This document shows positions 38,524 through 50,191 of a stretch of DNA of 64,000 nucleotides, in pieces (positions within the stretch are counted from its first letter, which is position 1; every line of letters starts with the position of its first letter). Source of the DNA: Candidatus Latescibacterota bacterium (GTDB lineage: Bacteria; Latescibacterota; UBA2968; UBA8231). A program made the position numbers and the translations under genes. The DNA lies in assembly GCA_965248265.1 (NCBI GenBank), contig CBDFJF010000001.1, positions 2,272,001 to 2,336,000 on the forward strand, given 5' to 3'. The notes beneath the pieces were generated by a model. The model was not told the origin of the DNA and searched no databases. It saw nothing but the letters and a program-made list of their open reading frames with translations.

Positions 38524-39932
38524 CAGTCTGTGCCATCCTCTCCTTCAGGCGCCGCTCCGTTGCCCGCTCCATTACCATGTGGCGGCAACCACTGACCGTC
38601 CAGGGGACGATGGGTGTAGGGTCTGCGGCTCGCACCTTCGTAGTCATCGACGATCTGGCCGTCTCCCTGGAGGAGGTACTTGTAGGTCGTCAATCCCTCC
38701 AGACCAACGGGACCGCGACCGTGCAGTCGCCCCGTGCTGATCCCGACTTCGGCGCCCAAACCGAAACGAAAACCGTCCGCGAATCGAGTGGAGGCGTTGT
38801 GGAACACGGAAGCCGAGTCCACGGTGCGCAGGAAAGCGGCGGCCGTATCCGCGTTCTCGGTGACGATAGAATCCGTGTGGTGGCTGCCGTAGCGATTGAT
38901 GTGCTCGATGGCCTCGTCAAGGCTGTCGACGATCTTGATCGAAAGCACGTAGTCGAGGTACTCGGTGCTCCAGTCCTCGTCTGTCGCCGGAACGACCGTG
39001 CCCATAGTGGCCGTTGCCGCCCTCGTACGCTCGTCGCCACGCAGGACAACCTTGTGGCCCTCCAATTGCGCGATGGCCTGGGCGAAGAAGCGCTCCGCCA
39101 CCTGGGCGTGCACGAGCAGCGTCTCGGCCGCGCAGCAGGTTGTCACTCCCTGAATCTTGGAATCCACGGCCACGCGAACGGCTTTGGTCAGGTCGGCGTC
39201 GGCATCCACGTAAACGTGGCACAGGCCGTCGGCATGTCCCATGACCGGGATCTTGGTGTTGTCCATGATGTAGCGGACGAATTCGTTCGACCCGCGCGGG
39301 ATGATCAGATCGATCGATTCCTCTTCTGCCAGCATGGCACGGACATCCTCTCGGGTCTCCAGTAGGGTGATCCAACCCTCCGGGATGCCGCCGCCAGCCG
39401 CCGCATCGGCGATGATCTGGGCGAGAGCCTGATTGGTGGCCGCGGCTTCCCTACCGCCCTTGAGCAGCACCGCGTTGCCGGATTTGAGACAGAGTGAGGC
39501 AATCTGAACCAGGGCATCCGGACGCGACTCGAAGATGACCCCCAGAACACCGATCGGCACCGAAACCCGGTAGAGTTCCAGCCCGGCGTCGAGTTCGGTA
39601 GCGCTCTGGGTGCGACCCAGAGGGTCCAGTTGCGCCCGCACGCTGCGTACCATCTCCACGGTGGCTTCGAACTTGGCGCCGCCCAGATTGAGCCGCTCCA
39701 AGAGCGGCTGGGTCAATTCTCCCTGAGCGACCAGGTCCCGGCCATGTTCGAGATCGCCGGCATTGGCCTGCAGGATCTGATCCCTGCGGGCCTCGAGCGC
39801 GCTGGCGATTCGATCCAGAGCGGCATTTCGATCGGCCGCGGAACTCGTCGCCAGCAGCCGGGCCGCCTCACGGCCCGATCGCGCACGGGTACCGACATCG
39901 TCGCTCAATACACTGACTGCCGTCATCGTCAT
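38523..39932 (-). CDS. proA: Gamma-glutamyl phosphate reductase
   Basis: VIFESRP, IPRGS and [22 protein letters not shown]...RGPVGL motifs. Confidence 0.96.
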   Translation of the reverse strand: MTMTAVSVLSDDVGTRARSGREAARLLATSSAADRNAALDRIASALEARRDQILQANAGDLEHGRDLVAQGELTQPLLERLNLGGAKFEATVEMVRSVRAQLDPLGRTQSATELDAGLELYRVSVPIGVLGVIFESRPDALVQIASLCLKSGNAVLLKGGREAAATNQALAQIIADAAAGGGIPEGWITLLETREDVRAMLAEEESIDLIIPRGSNEFVRYIMDNTKIPVMGHADGLCHVYVDADADLTKAVRVAVDSKIQGVTTCCAAETLLVHAQVAERFFAQAIAQLEGHKVVLRGDERTRAATATMGTVVPATDEDWSTEYLDYVLSIKIVDSLDEAIEHINRYGSHHTDSIVTENADTAAAFLRTVDSASVFHNASTRFADGFRFGLGAEVGISTGRLHGRGPVGLEGLTTYKYLLQGDGQIVDDYEGASRRPYTHRPLDGQWLPPHGNGAGNGAAPEGEDGTD

Positions 39933-41911
39933 GCCTTGCTGAGAGCGTGGTCGCTTGCCGCGCTCATCATCTTTTGGATGGTATCCGTTATGCGCTGCGG
40001 ATCTTCGATGCTGCCTTCACCCAGCAATACATAATCGACAAGGAACTGCGCCCACTCCTTCAACTGGGCAGAATCCCGGTCCTTCTTCAACAGCTCACCC
40101 ATGTTCACGAGGGTGGCATGACTGGGATTGATCTCGAGGATGCGCTTGGTCGGAGAGAACTCCTGATCGCTCATGCGCATCAAGCGTTCCAGGTTCTGAC
40201 TGATACCGCCCTTGGGTGTCACCAGCACACATGGACTGTCTGTCAGTCGCGACGACTCCCTGACGTCAGCCACCCGATTCTCCAATTCCTTCTTGAGGAA
40301 GCTGACGAGCTCTATCGTGCGTTCTTTGTCTTCAGTCGCCTCCGCTCCCTCGATCTTAGCCTCATCCTCCTCCAACTCGACGTCTTCGGCGTCAATGGCC
40401 TGAAACTTCTTGCCGTCAATATCCTGCAAAGTGTTGACGACCCACTCGTCGACGGGCTCGGCCATGTACAGGACCTCGAGCTGCCGCTTGCGGAAGGCCT
40501 CCAACAGCGGACTCTTGGCTATCGCGTCGAGGCTCTCACCGGTGACGTAGTAGATGACTTCCTGATCCACCTGCATCCGGTCGACGTAGTCCTGCAGCGA
40601 GATCAGTCCTTCTGCAGCCATCGGATCGGTATCACCGCCCTCGCTCTCAGACTCCCCTTCCTTCTGCGCCTCAACCTTGAAGTCATCCGACAGCGAAGAG
40701 TGATAGCGCAGCAGCTTGGTGATCTGGTCCTTGTTGTCGAAATCCCGCGCGATGCCCTCCTTGAGGACGATGCCGAACGAATTCCAGAAGGTCAGGTAGT
40801 TGTCAGGTCTCTTCTTCGACATGTCCTCGAGCATGCTCAGGATCCGCCTGACCAGCGTGGAGCGAATCTTGGCCACCACCGGATTGTTCTGCAGTGATTC
40901 CCGTGCAACGTTGAGTGGCAGGTCGTCGCAGTCCACGACACCCCGAACGAAGCGCAGGTACAATGGGAGTAAATCCGGGCAGTCATTTTGGATAAACACG
41001 CGGCGCACGTGCAGGTCCAGGGAAACCTTCGGCTCGGAGGCGAACAGCAGCTCCATCGGGGTCTGCCGCGGCAGGTAGAGGAGCGCGTAGAACTGGATGG
41101 GTACATCGACGGCGATATGCTCCCAGCTCAGCGGCTCCTGATGATCGCCAGTGAGATGGGTAAAGAACTCCTTGTAGTGCTCGTCCGTGAGCTCGTTGCG
41201 CGGACGCGCCCACAAAGCGGAAGCTTCATTGGCCTGCTTCCCCGCCACCTTGATCGGATAGGCGACGTAGTCGGAGTGTTTGCGGATGATACCCTCCAGC
41301 ACATGGGCATCCAGATACTCCTCGCTGTCGCTGCGCAGGTAGATGACGATCTCGGTGCCTCTCTGGGTGCGGTCCTTCGTCGTCGACACGGTATAGCTGC
41401 CTGTCCCCGTCGACTCCCACATCACGGCCTCGGCGTCCGCCTCGGCGCTTCTCGTAGTCACGACGACACGCTCGGCGACCATGAAAACGGAATAGAAGCC
41501 GACGCCGAAACGGCCGATCAGCTGCAGCTTCTCCTGTTCGTCACCCTCGGAGAGCGCCTTGATGAACTCGGCGGACCCTGAATGGGCGATGGTGCCGATG
41601 TTTTCGTTGACTTCATCTCGCGTCATACCAACGCCGGTATCCGCGATCGTCAGGGTCTTGGCGCTGGCGTTGACCTGTATGTCGATTTCAAGCTCGGCGT
41701 CTGGATCGACGATGTCACGATCTGTCAGCGACCGAAAGCGAATCTTGTCGAGGGCGTCGGAGGCGTTGGAGATCAATTCACGAAGAAAAACTTCCTTATG
41801 GGTGTAAAGGGAATGAATCAGAATCTGGAGAACCTGTTGGACCTCCGTCTGAAACTGCCTTTCCTCCGCGTGTGCTTCCTCTGATGTAACTGTGGCGCCA
41901 GACTCCGCCAT
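39929..41911 (-). CDS. htpG: Hsp90 chaperone HtpG
   Basis: FLRELISNASDALDK, IGRFGVGFYS, DLPLNVARE and LEINP motifs. Confidence 0.97.
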   Translation of the reverse strand: MAESGATVTSEEAHAEERQFQTEVQQVLQILIHSLYTHKEVFLRELISNASDALDKIRFRSLTDRDIVDPDAELEIDIQVNASAKTLTIADTGVGMTRDEVNENIGTIAHSGSAEFIKALSEGDEQEKLQLIGRFGVGFYSVFMVAERVVVTTRSAEADAEAVMWESTGTGSYTVSTTKDRTQRGTEIVIYLRSDSEEYLDAHVLEGIIRKHSDYVAYPIKVAGKQANEASALWARPRNELTDEHYKEFFTHLTGDHQEPLSWEHIAVDVPIQFYALLYLPRQTPMELLFASEPKVSLDLHVRRVFIQNDCPDLLPLYLRFVRGVVDCDDLPLNVARESLQNNPVVAKIRSTLVRRILSMLEDMSKKRPDNYLTFWNSFGIVLKEGIARDFDNKDQITKLLRYHSSLSDDFKVEAQKEGESESEGGDTDPMAAEGLISLQDYVDRMQVDQEVIYYVTGESLDAIAKSPLLEAFRKRQLEVLYMAEPVDEWVVNTLQDIDGKKFQAIDAEDVELEEDEAKIEGAEATEDKERTIELVSFLKKELENRVADVRESSRLTDSPCVLVTPKGGISQNLERLMRMSDQEFSPTKRILEINPSHATLVNMGELLKKDRDSAQLKEWAQFLVDYVLLGEGSIEDPQRITDTIQKMMSAASDHALSKA

Positions 41912-42119
41912 TGCTCATAAACTCCGTCGTTTTTGGTATTTAGTTGGCAACCAGGGGCGTGCGAGTGGGTCTTGATGAGCATGTAAATCTACATAAGAGG
42001 ATCTGATTGGCAAGACGGGGCACCCCCACTATGTTCACGAGGGCCTGTCCGAGTATTCGCTTTGATAGGCGATGACACCCCCGCAGCCCGAATGGGATAC
42101 TCGGACAGGCACCTAAAGC

Positions 42120-43385
42120 ATGATAGACAACTCCACATTCGACCTCATCATCGTCGGCGGCGGACCGGCGGGAGCCGCTGCCACGCTCTACGCCGACCGG
42201 CAAGGGCTGCGTACTCTCCTCGTCGACAAAGCCTCCTTTCCCCGGGATAAGATCTGCGGCGATGCGCTGTCAGGGAAATCGATCTCCGTTCTGGATGAAC
42301 TGGGGTTGGTGGATGAAATCCGCCAGCTTCCCGGAGCACTCATCAAGGAGATCGTGTTCGGCAGTCCGAGTCACGTCGACGCCCGTATCGACCTGAAGCG
42401 GCACGACCATCGGGATCCGATGACAGGCCGGGTGTTGCCGGGCGGGGGATTCGTGATCCGCCGGAAGATCTTCGACCACTTTCTGTTCGACAAGGCACGG
42501 GTCGCAGCTGATCGATGCATCCAGGGCTTTACGGTGCGCGATCTCATCTTCGACCATGGAGCCGTGTGCGGCGTGCGCGGCGAAGCAGCGGGCAAGGCCA
42601 CTGAATTTCACGCTCCCGTCATCCTGGGATGCGACGGTTTCAGTTCGGTCGTAGCACGCAAGACCGGCCTCTACCAGCATGACAGCCGCCACGGCGTCGT
42701 CGCCCTGCGCCGCTATTACGAGAACGTCAAAGGCCTGACCAACCAGATCGAGCTGCACTTCGTCGAGGAAGCCCTGCCGGGGTATTTCTGGATTTTTCCG
42801 CTCGAGAACGGCTGCGCCAATGTCGGCATCGGCACCCTGCATCAGCATATCAAGAAACGTCACTCCAAGCTCAAGACGGCCCTGGACGCGGTAATCCATC
42901 GAGACCCGTTTCGCGAGCGCTTCGCCGAAGCGTCAGCCCTCGAAGAGCCTGTCGGCTGGAACCTGCCATTGGGCAGCAAGCACCGGCGCTCTTACGGAGA
43001 CGGTTTCATGTTGTTGGGAGATGCCGCCGGCCTCATCGATCCGTTCACTGGAGAGGGCATCGGCAATGCCCTCTACTCAGGAAGGGTGGCCGCCGAGGTG
43101 GCAGCGCAAGCGGTCGCTGCCGGTGACAGCAGCGCCGCCGTCATGCGACAATATGACGAGCGCCTCTGGGCGACCATTGGCAGTGAGTTGACCACCAGCA
43201 AGCGCCTGCAGCAACTGGGACACTGGCGTCCATTGCTCAACTACGTCATCCGCAGAGCAGCCCGTGATGAGACCGTCAGTGACCACATCTGCGGCATGAT
43301 CGCCAACGTGGTGCCCAAGCAGGAACTCACCGGCCCGCTCTACTACCTGAAACTGCTGATGTCAACTTCGCGCCGCGAATCGTAG
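42120..43385 (+). CDS. Geranylgeranyl reductase family FAD oxidoreductase
   Basis: VGGGPAG, FPRDKICGD, YFWIFP and GDAAGLIDPFTGEGI motifs. Confidence 0.9.
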   Translation: MIDNSTFDLIIVGGGPAGAAATLYADRQGLRTLLVDKASFPRDKICGDALSGKSISVLDELGLVDEIRQLPGALIKEIVFGSPSHVDARIDLKRHDHRDPMTGRVLPGGGFVIRRKIFDHFLFDKARVAADRCIQGFTVRDLIFDHGAVCGVRGEAAGKATEFHAPVILGCDGFSSVVARKTGLYQHDSRHGVVALRRYYENVKGLTNQIELHFVEEALPGYFWIFPLENGCANVGIGTLHQHIKKRHSKLKTALDAVIHRDPFRERFAEASALEEPVGWNLPLGSKHRRSYGDGFMLLGDAAGLIDPFTGEGIGNALYSGRVAAEVAAQAVAAGDSSAAVMRQYDERLWATIGSELTTSKRLQQLGHWRPLLNYVIRRAARDETVSDHICGMIANVVPKQELTGPLYYLKLLMSTSRRES

Positions 43386-43392
43386 CTGGGAA

Positions 43393-44193
43393 TCATATGG
43401 TCGTCGCTAGAAACCCGCCATCCACGACGATATCCGTGCCGGTGACGAAGCTGCTGGCCTTGTCAGAGGCCAGAAACACGGCCGCGCCAACCAGCTCCTC
43501 AGGGTCGCCGTAGCGGTCCATCGGTGTGTGCCCGAGGATCTGGCCGCCACGCTCCGTCGGACTGCCATCCTCATTGAACAACAATCGCCGGTTCTGTTCG
43601 GCCGGAAAGAAACCGGGTGTGATGGCGTTGACGCGCACCCCGCGTGTCGCCCACTCACGCGCCAGAAAACGCGTCAGGCTGAGCACGCCGGCCTTGGCCG
43701 CCGAATAGGCGACGACTCGCGAGATGGGCAGATTCGCGGCGGCTGAGGCGATGTTGATGATGCTGCCGCGACCACGCGATACCATGCCGGCACCGAACTC
43801 CTGACACGGCAGCAAGGCGCCGCCTGCCAAGTTGAGGTCGAAGCAGGCATTCCAATCCTGCAGAGCAATTCCCTCGAAACTCAGATCGTCGGAGAGCGTC
43901 ACCGTCGGCATGTTGCCGCCAGCGGCGTTGACGAGAATGGTGGCAGGTCCGTAGTCGGCTTCGACCTGATCCCTCGCTTTCACAAGAGATTCCCGGTCCG
44001 TGGCGTCACAGGCGACGAATGTCCCGTCGCCTCCTGCTGCGATGATCTGCTGCACCCTGGCCTCGCCACGCTCTGCGCTGCGACCCAGCACAGCGATACG
44101 CGCGCCGGCTCCTGCCAGGCCGCTGGCTATGGCGCCGCCCAGGACTCCGGTGCCGCCGATGACGATGGCGATATCGTCCTTCAAGTCGAACAT
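43393..44193 (-). CDS. SDR oxidoreductase (UxuB/gluconate 5-dehydrogenase-like)
   Basis: GGTGVLG, NAAGGN, YSAAK and PGFFPAEQN motifs. Confidence 0.88.
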   Translation of the reverse strand: MFDLKDDIAIVIGGTGVLGGAIASGLAGAGARIAVLGRSAERGEARVQQIIAAGGDGTFVACDATDRESLVKARDQVEADYGPATILVNAAGGNMPTVTLSDDLSFEGIALQDWNACFDLNLAGGALLPCQEFGAGMVSRGRGSIINIASAAANLPISRVVAYSAAKAGVLSLTRFLAREWATRGVRVNAITPGFFPAEQNRRLLFNEDGSPTERGGQILGHTPMDRYGDPEELVGAAVFLASDKASSFVTGTDIVVDGGFLATTI

Positions 44194-44267
44194 GCCTTCA
44201 TCTCCTTGGAATCAAGTCGGGCGCCGCCTCTCGTGCTCGTTGCCCCGTTGTATTGTTGTGACCACCT

Positions 44268-45050
44268 TCACGGAATCTCGGCCAGGCCCCAGTATGAAGC
44301 GACCGCACGCGACACCAGTCCGATCGAGCCACCGAAGACATTACCCCAAACGATGAGCCAACCCAGATGCTCCCGCATCACGTGCTCCATCATCTCCTTG
44401 ACGGTTTCCGGTGTCAGCTCCTGCAGCTTCCTCTCCAGCAGAGCATCCACCTGCTCGCGCACCGCAGTGGGATCTATTTTGGAGAAGAGCTTGCCCTGCA
44501 GTTGTGGCATCAGCTCGGCGTTCAAACCGGTGAGGAATTCCTTGACCACCAGTTTGAGGATGTCTGTCCCGGCCATGCGGACCATCATCCCGAACGGCCC
44601 TTCCTTGAGTTTTTCGAGTTGTCGTTCTATCGCCTTGTCGGCTTCCTCCGACTGCAACAGCTCAGTGACCTGAGCCTGCAGGTCAACGCCGGGAAACAGC
44701 TCGGTGCCGGCTTCTTCAAAAAATCGGCGGAGATAGTCCTCTTCGAAGAAATGGGCCATGATCAGGTTCTTGATCGTCGCCCGGATCTCCTCGAACCGAT
44801 TGGGAATTACCCCCGACCCGTACAGTAGCGGAACCCGGTCGAAGAGCATCTTGACGGCCAGCCAGTTGGTGATACCGCCTGCGAAACCGAAGAGTCCGAC
44901 GGCCAGCAGCCACGGAGCCGCCGAATCCAGAGCCACCGGCAGCGCCTCCTCCCCGCGCTCCCACATCAGGGTCAGCACCAGGCCAATGACCAGGACGGCA
45001 GCGGAGATCAGATTGCTGACCGTGCCTTTTTCAAAAGTGAATGGCTTCAA
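44268..45050 (-). CDS. DUF445 family membrane protein
   Basis: GGITNWLAVKMLF...GVIP and EHLGWLIVWGNVFGG motifs. Confidence 0.85.
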   Translation of the reverse strand: MKPFTFEKGTVSNLISAAVLVIGLVLTLMWERGEEALPVALDSAAPWLLAVGLFGFAGGITNWLAVKMLFDRVPLLYGSGVIPNRFEEIRATIKNLIMAHFFEEDYLRRFFEEAGTELFPGVDLQAQVTELLQSEEADKAIERQLEKLKEGPFGMMVRMAGTDILKLVVKEFLTGLNAELMPQLQGKLFSKIDPTAVREQVDALLERKLQELTPETVKEMMEHVMREHLGWLIVWGNVFGGSIGLVSRAVASYWGLAEIP

Positions 45051-45072
45051 GAGAGAACGTTCGGTCGGAGGC

Positions 45073-46179
45073 TTATAGGGAGGTCGTGCTGTCGCTGCGG
45101 TCGCGATGGCGTTCGACGGCCAATTCCAACAGCCGGTCGATCAACTCGGGATAGGAGATACCGCTGGCTGCCCACAGCTTCGGGTACATGCTGATCGGCG
45201 TGAATCCGGGGATGGTGTTGATCTCGTTGACAATCATGGTGCCATCCTCGCGCGCGAAGAGATCCACCCGTGCCATTCCGGCAGCATCCACGGCCAGGAA
45301 GGTCTGCTTCGCCAGTTGCTGCGCTCGCGCCGTCGTGGCTTCATCCAGATCTGCCGGGATGATCAGCTCAGAGTTGCTTTCCTTGTACTTAGCTTCGTAG
45401 TCGTAGAATTCGCCATCCGGCCGAATCTCTCCAACCACGGACACGATCGGATTTTCGTAACCGAGAACCGAACACTCGAACTCCCTGCAGCCCTGCCCGG
45501 CATCAGCCTCTATGATGATCTTGCGGTCGTAGCGAGCCGCCGCATCCATGGCCGTTGAAAACTCCGACCCATCGTGGACCTTCGAGATGCCGACGCTCGA
45601 TCCCAGGTTGGCCGGCTTGACGAACAGGGGATAGGCGAAATCGCGCTCGATCTCCTCTTGCACAATCGTCGCGTAGGCTCGCCAGCGGCTGCGCAGCACG
45701 GTGGCGTGCGCCACCTGGGGAATGCCGGCCGTCTGCAGCACCCGCTTCATCATGTCCTTGTCCATGGAGACGGCCGATCCGAGCACGCCGGAGCCGACGT
45801 AGGCGACGTCTGCCAACTCCAAGAACCCCTGAACCGTGCCGTCCTCGCCGAAGGGGCCGTGCAGGAGCGGGAAGACGACGTCCAGCTTGCGGCCGCTGTT
45901 TATCTGTGAAGCACCGGACCTCATTACCAGATCCTGACCACCGCAGTAATCGAGCGCCACCGGGCGGGCAGACTCGTCGCCCTCCACCTTGCCCGCACTC
46001 AGCATCTTGCCGGCGTCGCCGGGCAGTAGCCATCTCCCCTCGCGATCGATGCCGATGAGGATCACTTCGTACTTGTCCCGGTCGATGGCCTCGACCAGGG
46101 AGTGCGCTGAAGCCACGGACACCTCGTGCTCCGCGGACCGTCCGCCGAACAGAACGCCGACTCTGATTTTCTCGACCAT
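45073..46179 (-). CDS. ddl: D-alanine--D-alanine ligase
   Basis: GGRSAEHEVS, HGPFGEDG, KPANLGSSVG, YDYEAKY and NEINTIPG motifs. Confidence 0.97.
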   Translation of the reverse strand: MVEKIRVGVLFGGRSAEHEVSVASAHSLVEAIDRDKYEVILIGIDREGRWLLPGDAGKMLSAGKVEGDESARPVALDYCGGQDLVMRSGASQINSGRKLDVVFPLLHGPFGEDGTVQGFLELADVAYVGSGVLGSAVSMDKDMMKRVLQTAGIPQVAHATVLRSRWRAYATIVQEEIERDFAYPLFVKPANLGSSVGISKVHDGSEFSTAMDAAARYDRKIIIEADAGQGCREFECSVLGYENPIVSVVGEIRPDGEFYDYEAKYKESNSELIIPADLDEATTARAQQLAKQTFLAVDAAGMARVDLFAREDGTMIVNEINTIPGFTPISMYPKLWAASGISYPELIDRLLELAVERHRDRSDSTTSL

Positions 46180-46319
46180 ATCGATTCTTACCGGCGTAGT
46201 GCCTCTGGGAGGGTGACCTGGGGGTTGATACGGATAACCGCCGTTCGAATATAGGGATATTCACGTCATCGACAGTCCCAGGCTTGAGTCCAGCACCGCC
46301 CGTGCGTAGCCTTCCCGGT

Positions 46320-48425
46320 ATGACCCCACCCACTCACCGCGTCCGCATCGCCGCCGACGTCGGCGGCACCTTCACCGACGTCGTCCTCCTGGATAAATCC
46401 GGTCGTGTCCACGCCCACAAAGTCCCGTCGACGCCGCCGGATTTCGAGCGCGCCGTCGGAGACGCCGTCGGCTTCCTGCTGCAACAGACGCACGTCCCAG
46501 GCGCCAGCGTCGATGATGTCGCCCATGGAACGACGGTGGCCACCAACGCCGTCCTCGAGCGCACTGGGGCCCTCTCCGCCTTGATCACCACCGAGGGGTT
46601 CCGGGATGTGCTCGAATTGCGGCGCATTCACTGTCCGCAGCTCTACAATCTATTCTTCCAGAAGCCGCCTCAACTCGTTGAGCGAGAGCGCCGCTTCGAA
46701 ATCACCGAGCGCATGTCGGCCACGGGCGAAATCCTCAAGCCGCTGGACGAGTCCGTGCTCCCTGCCATTGTCGATCGACTACGGGCGGACGGGGTCGAAT
46801 CGGTGGCCGTCGCGCTGTTGCATTCCTACGCTTTTCCTGAGCATGAGAGGTTGATCGGGGATTATCTCAAGACCCAGATGCCCGACCTGTTGGTTTCCCT
46901 GTCCTGCGATGTCCTGCCCGAACGACGCGAGTACGAGCGTACCGCCACGACCGTCGTCAACGCCTACATAAGGCCGGTCATGGACCGTTATGTGAGCGCC
47001 CTGAGCCAGCGTCTGGAACAATTGGATGTCAGGGCTCCCTTGCTGATCATGCAGTCGGCCGGAGGGTTGACTCCCGCCGAGGACGCCACCAATCGACCGG
47101 TCTTCGTGCTCGAATCCGGGCCGGCGGCCGGTGTGCTGGCCTCTCGCTACGCGGCGCTCGAGCTGGGCATCGACAACCTCATCACCCTCGACATGGGTGG
47201 GACAACGGCCAAGGCCTCCATGATCGAAAATGGCAGCGTCGGCTACAGTGCCGAGTACGAGGTCGGCGCAACTCTGTCTTCGGGAGCAGGACTCATGGGA
47301 GGTGGCGGCGAACTCATCCGCGCGCCCAGCATCGACATCGCTGAAGTCGGGGCCGGCGGTGGCAGCATCGCCTATCTGGACGGAGCTGGTGGACTGCGTG
47401 TGGGGCCACGCTCAGCCGGCGCCCTGCCGGGGCCGGTCTGCTATGGGCGGGGCGGCAGTGAACCGACCCTGACCGATGCCAACGTCGTCCTCGGATTCAT
47501 CCGTCCCGGAGCGCTTGCCGATGGCGAGGTCCAAATCGATCTCGAAGCGGCTCGGCAGGTCATCGACGAGCGCATCGCCGCCCCTCTGGGGCTGGAGTTG
47601 GCCGCAGCCGCCGAGGGCATTCATCGCATTGCCAACGCGCGGACTCTCAGGGCGTTACGGTCCGTTTCCTCCGAAAGAGGCAGGGACCCGCGAGAGTTCT
47701 CCCTCATCGCCTTCGGAGGCTCGGGACCGATCCATGCCGCCGCGCTCGGTTTGGAGTTAGGCGTCCGGCAAGTGCTGATTCCGCCGCTACCGGGCCTGTT
47801 CAGTGCCGTCGGCCTGCTGTGTTCTGGGGTGGAGCATCACGGGGTACGCAGCTGCTTGTTATCCGAAGAACGGCTGTGCGCGGATGAGTTGGAGCGCCTT
47901 CGCCTGGAGATCGAGACCGAGATGCTGGCGCAGTTCGCGGCCGAAGGCATTGCCGCATCCGAGGTGGAGTTGAGTTGCAGTGTCGATGTGCGCTTCCGTG
48001 GCCAGACTTCCGAGATCCGCGTGTCCTGGCCCGCTGGCGACCTAAACGATGCTGTGACCACGATAAAGGAGGGTTTTGCCGATGAACATGAGCGGCTCTA
48101 CGGCCATCGCTCCGACCCCGACAATCCGGTCGAGGTGCGCGCGGTACGCCTCATCGGCACGGCGGCGAATGCCGGCATGCTGGGGACGGACGGACCATCC
48201 GGTGACGTGAGATCAGTCGACACAACCGGTTCACGGCGGCAGGTATATTTCGGTCAACAAGACGGCTATCTGTCGACACCCGTCATCGAGCGCGTCGATC
48301 TGGATAGCCCCCAACGTGGCCCACTGTTGATCGACGAGTTCGATACAACCATAGTCATTCCGCCGCACGCATACAGCCACATCGACGACCGCGGCAACCT
48401 CATCATGACCCTCGGGGGTGAATAA
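46320..48425 (+). CDS. Hydantoinase/oxoprolinase subunit A
   Basis: DVGGTFTD, HGTTVATN, SGPAAG, DMGGTT and GAGGGS motifs. Confidence 0.93.
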   Translation: MTPPTHRVRIAADVGGTFTDVVLLDKSGRVHAHKVPSTPPDFERAVGDAVGFLLQQTHVPGASVDDVAHGTTVATNAVLERTGALSALITTEGFRDVLELRRIHCPQLYNLFFQKPPQLVERERRFEITERMSATGEILKPLDESVLPAIVDRLRADGVESVAVALLHSYAFPEHERLIGDYLKTQMPDLLVSLSCDVLPERREYERTATTVVNAYIRPVMDRYVSALSQRLEQLDVRAPLLIMQSAGGLTPAEDATNRPVFVLESGPAAGVLASRYAALELGIDNLITLDMGGTTAKASMIENGSVGYSAEYEVGATLSSGAGLMGGGGELIRAPSIDIAEVGAGGGSIAYLDGAGGLRVGPRSAGALPGPVCYGRGGSEPTLTDANVVLGFIRPGALADGEVQIDLEAARQVIDERIAAPLGLELAAAAEGIHRIANARTLRALRSVSSERGRDPREFSLIAFGGSGPIHAAALGLELGVRQVLIPPLPGLFSAVGLLCSGVEHHGVRSCLLSEERLCADELERLRLEIETEMLAQFAAEGIAASEVELSCSVDVRFRGQTSEIRVSWPAGDLNDAVTTIKEGFADEHERLYGHRSDPDNPVEVRAVRLIGTAANAGMLGTDGPSGDVRSVDTTGSRRQVYFGQQDGYLSTPVIERVDLDSPQRGPLLIDEFDTTIVIPPHAYSHIDDRGNLIMTLGGE

Positions 48426-48427
48426 AA

Positions 48428-50161
48428 TTGTCCGCGGATACTGTAGACCCCATCACCCGTGAGATCATGCAGCACGCGCTGGCTTCGGCGGCTGACGAGA
48501 TGGCACTGGCCCTCTACCGGACGGCGTACTCCACCATCGTCCGCGACTGCCTCGACTACTCCACGTCACTTTGCGATGCCGACGGAGACATGATCGCCCA
48601 GGGAGTCACCATTCCCCTCCATTTGGGTACAGTGCCGTTCGCTATGGAAGCCCTCTTCGCCAAGTACGGTGACGACATGGAGGAAGGCGATCTGTTCATC
48701 CTCAATGATCCGTTCGATGGCGGCATGCATATCCCCGACATCTACATCGTGCAGCCGATCTTCTGGGAAGGACAACGCGTCGCCTTCGCCGTCACCACCG
48801 CCCACCATCTGGATCTGGGAGGACGGCTTCCCGGCAGCTCGGCCTGTGACAACACCGAAATCTTCCAGGAAGGGCTGCGTATTCCCTGGCTCAAGCTCTA
48901 CCGCCGGGGAGAGCCGGACGAATCCTTGTTCGCATTGCTGCGGGCCAACGTACGGGTGCCATCCGTGACCCTCGGCGACCTGCGCGCCCAGATCGCCGCC
49001 TGCCACATCGGCCGTCAGGCCATACACGATCTGATTGTCCGTTACGGGCTGGAAACCTTCACAACCTGTGCTGCCGACCTGATCGAGTACACGGAACGAC
49101 TGATCCGCTCCGAGATTTCCTCGTGGCCGGACGGCAGCCACTCCTTCACCGATTACATGGACAGCGACGGGGTCGGCGGTCCACCGGTGAAACTGCATGT
49201 CACCCTCACCGTTGAGGGTGACACGCTGACGGCCGATTTCACCGGGACCGACCCGCAGGTTCCCGGCGCCATCAACAACACCCTCTCTTTCACCGCTTCC
49301 GTCGTCGCCCTGGGCATGCGGTCCGTGCTTCGTGAAGACGTTCCCAACACGGCCGGTATTTTCCGTCCGCTCGAGATCATCGCCCCGAAGGGGACCGTCG
49401 TCCACGGCGAGATGCCTGCTGCCTCGTCCATGCGCGGTATAACCGGGTTCCGCCTCGCCGACACCGTTTTTGGCGCCCTTGCCGGCCTGCTCCCCGGCAG
49501 GGTCCATGCCGCCGGTGAGGGAGGCAATTCCCTCGTCGTCATCGGCGGCCAGCATGCGGATCGATCACACTACGTCTACTACGAGTTGATGTCGGGAACG
49601 TGGGGTGGACGGCCTGACCGGGATGGCAACGACGGTCTGTGCAATCCGGCCAATGTGGCCAGCAACATCCCCATCGAAGAGGCCGAATCCCAGTACCCGG
49701 TGAGAATCAGTCGCTACGGCCTCGTCGATGACAGCGGCGGAGCCGGCAAGTACCGTGGTGGACTCGCCATCGAGCGTGAATGGGAGCTGCTGGAGGGAGA
49801 AGCCCACCTGGCGATCCGTTCTGATCGCCGCGATCATTTACCTTATGGTCTTGGTGGTGGCCGCCCCGGGACTCCGTCGAATTCGATTCTACACGGCGCC
49901 GGCGGCGAGGAAATCTTGCCGACGATGATCTCGACCCGCATGAAGGCGGGCGAGCAGCTCTACCACAGACAGGCAGGCGGTGGTGGCTGGGGTGATCCGC
50001 TGGAGCGCGATACCAGCGCTGTCGAACGGGATGTGCGCGACGGCAAAGTCTCCATCGAAGCCGCGCGGATCGAATACGGCGTTGTTCTTGATCCACACTC
50101 CCTGGAGGTTGATGGAGACGCTACAGAATCGCAACGAGCACGGATGCGTTCCGTTCGATGA
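48428..50161 (+). CDS. Hydantoinase/oxoprolinase subunit B
   Basis: NDPFDGGMHIPD, HHLDLGG, EIFQEG and GGGGWGDP motifs. Confidence 0.93.
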   Translation: MSADTVDPITREIMQHALASAADEMALALYRTAYSTIVRDCLDYSTSLCDADGDMIAQGVTIPLHLGTVPFAMEALFAKYGDDMEEGDLFILNDPFDGGMHIPDIYIVQPIFWEGQRVAFAVTTAHHLDLGGRLPGSSACDNTEIFQEGLRIPWLKLYRRGEPDESLFALLRANVRVPSVTLGDLRAQIAACHIGRQAIHDLIVRYGLETFTTCAADLIEYTERLIRSEISSWPDGSHSFTDYMDSDGVGGPPVKLHVTLTVEGDTLTADFTGTDPQVPGAINNTLSFTASVVALGMRSVLREDVPNTAGIFRPLEIIAPKGTVVHGEMPAASSMRGITGFRLADTVFGALAGLLPGRVHAAGEGGNSLVVIGGQHADRSHYVYYELMSGTWGGRPDRDGNDGLCNPANVASNIPIEEAESQYPVRISRYGLVDDSGGAGKYRGGLAIEREWELLEGEAHLAIRSDRRDHLPYGLGGGRPGTPSNSILHGAGGEEILPTMISTRMKAGEQLYHRQAGGGGWGDPLERDTSAVERDVRDGKVSIEAARIEYGVVLDPHSLEVDGDATESQRARMRSVR

Positions 50162-50191
50162 GGGCATCGGTTCAGCAATCAGAGGATCTAC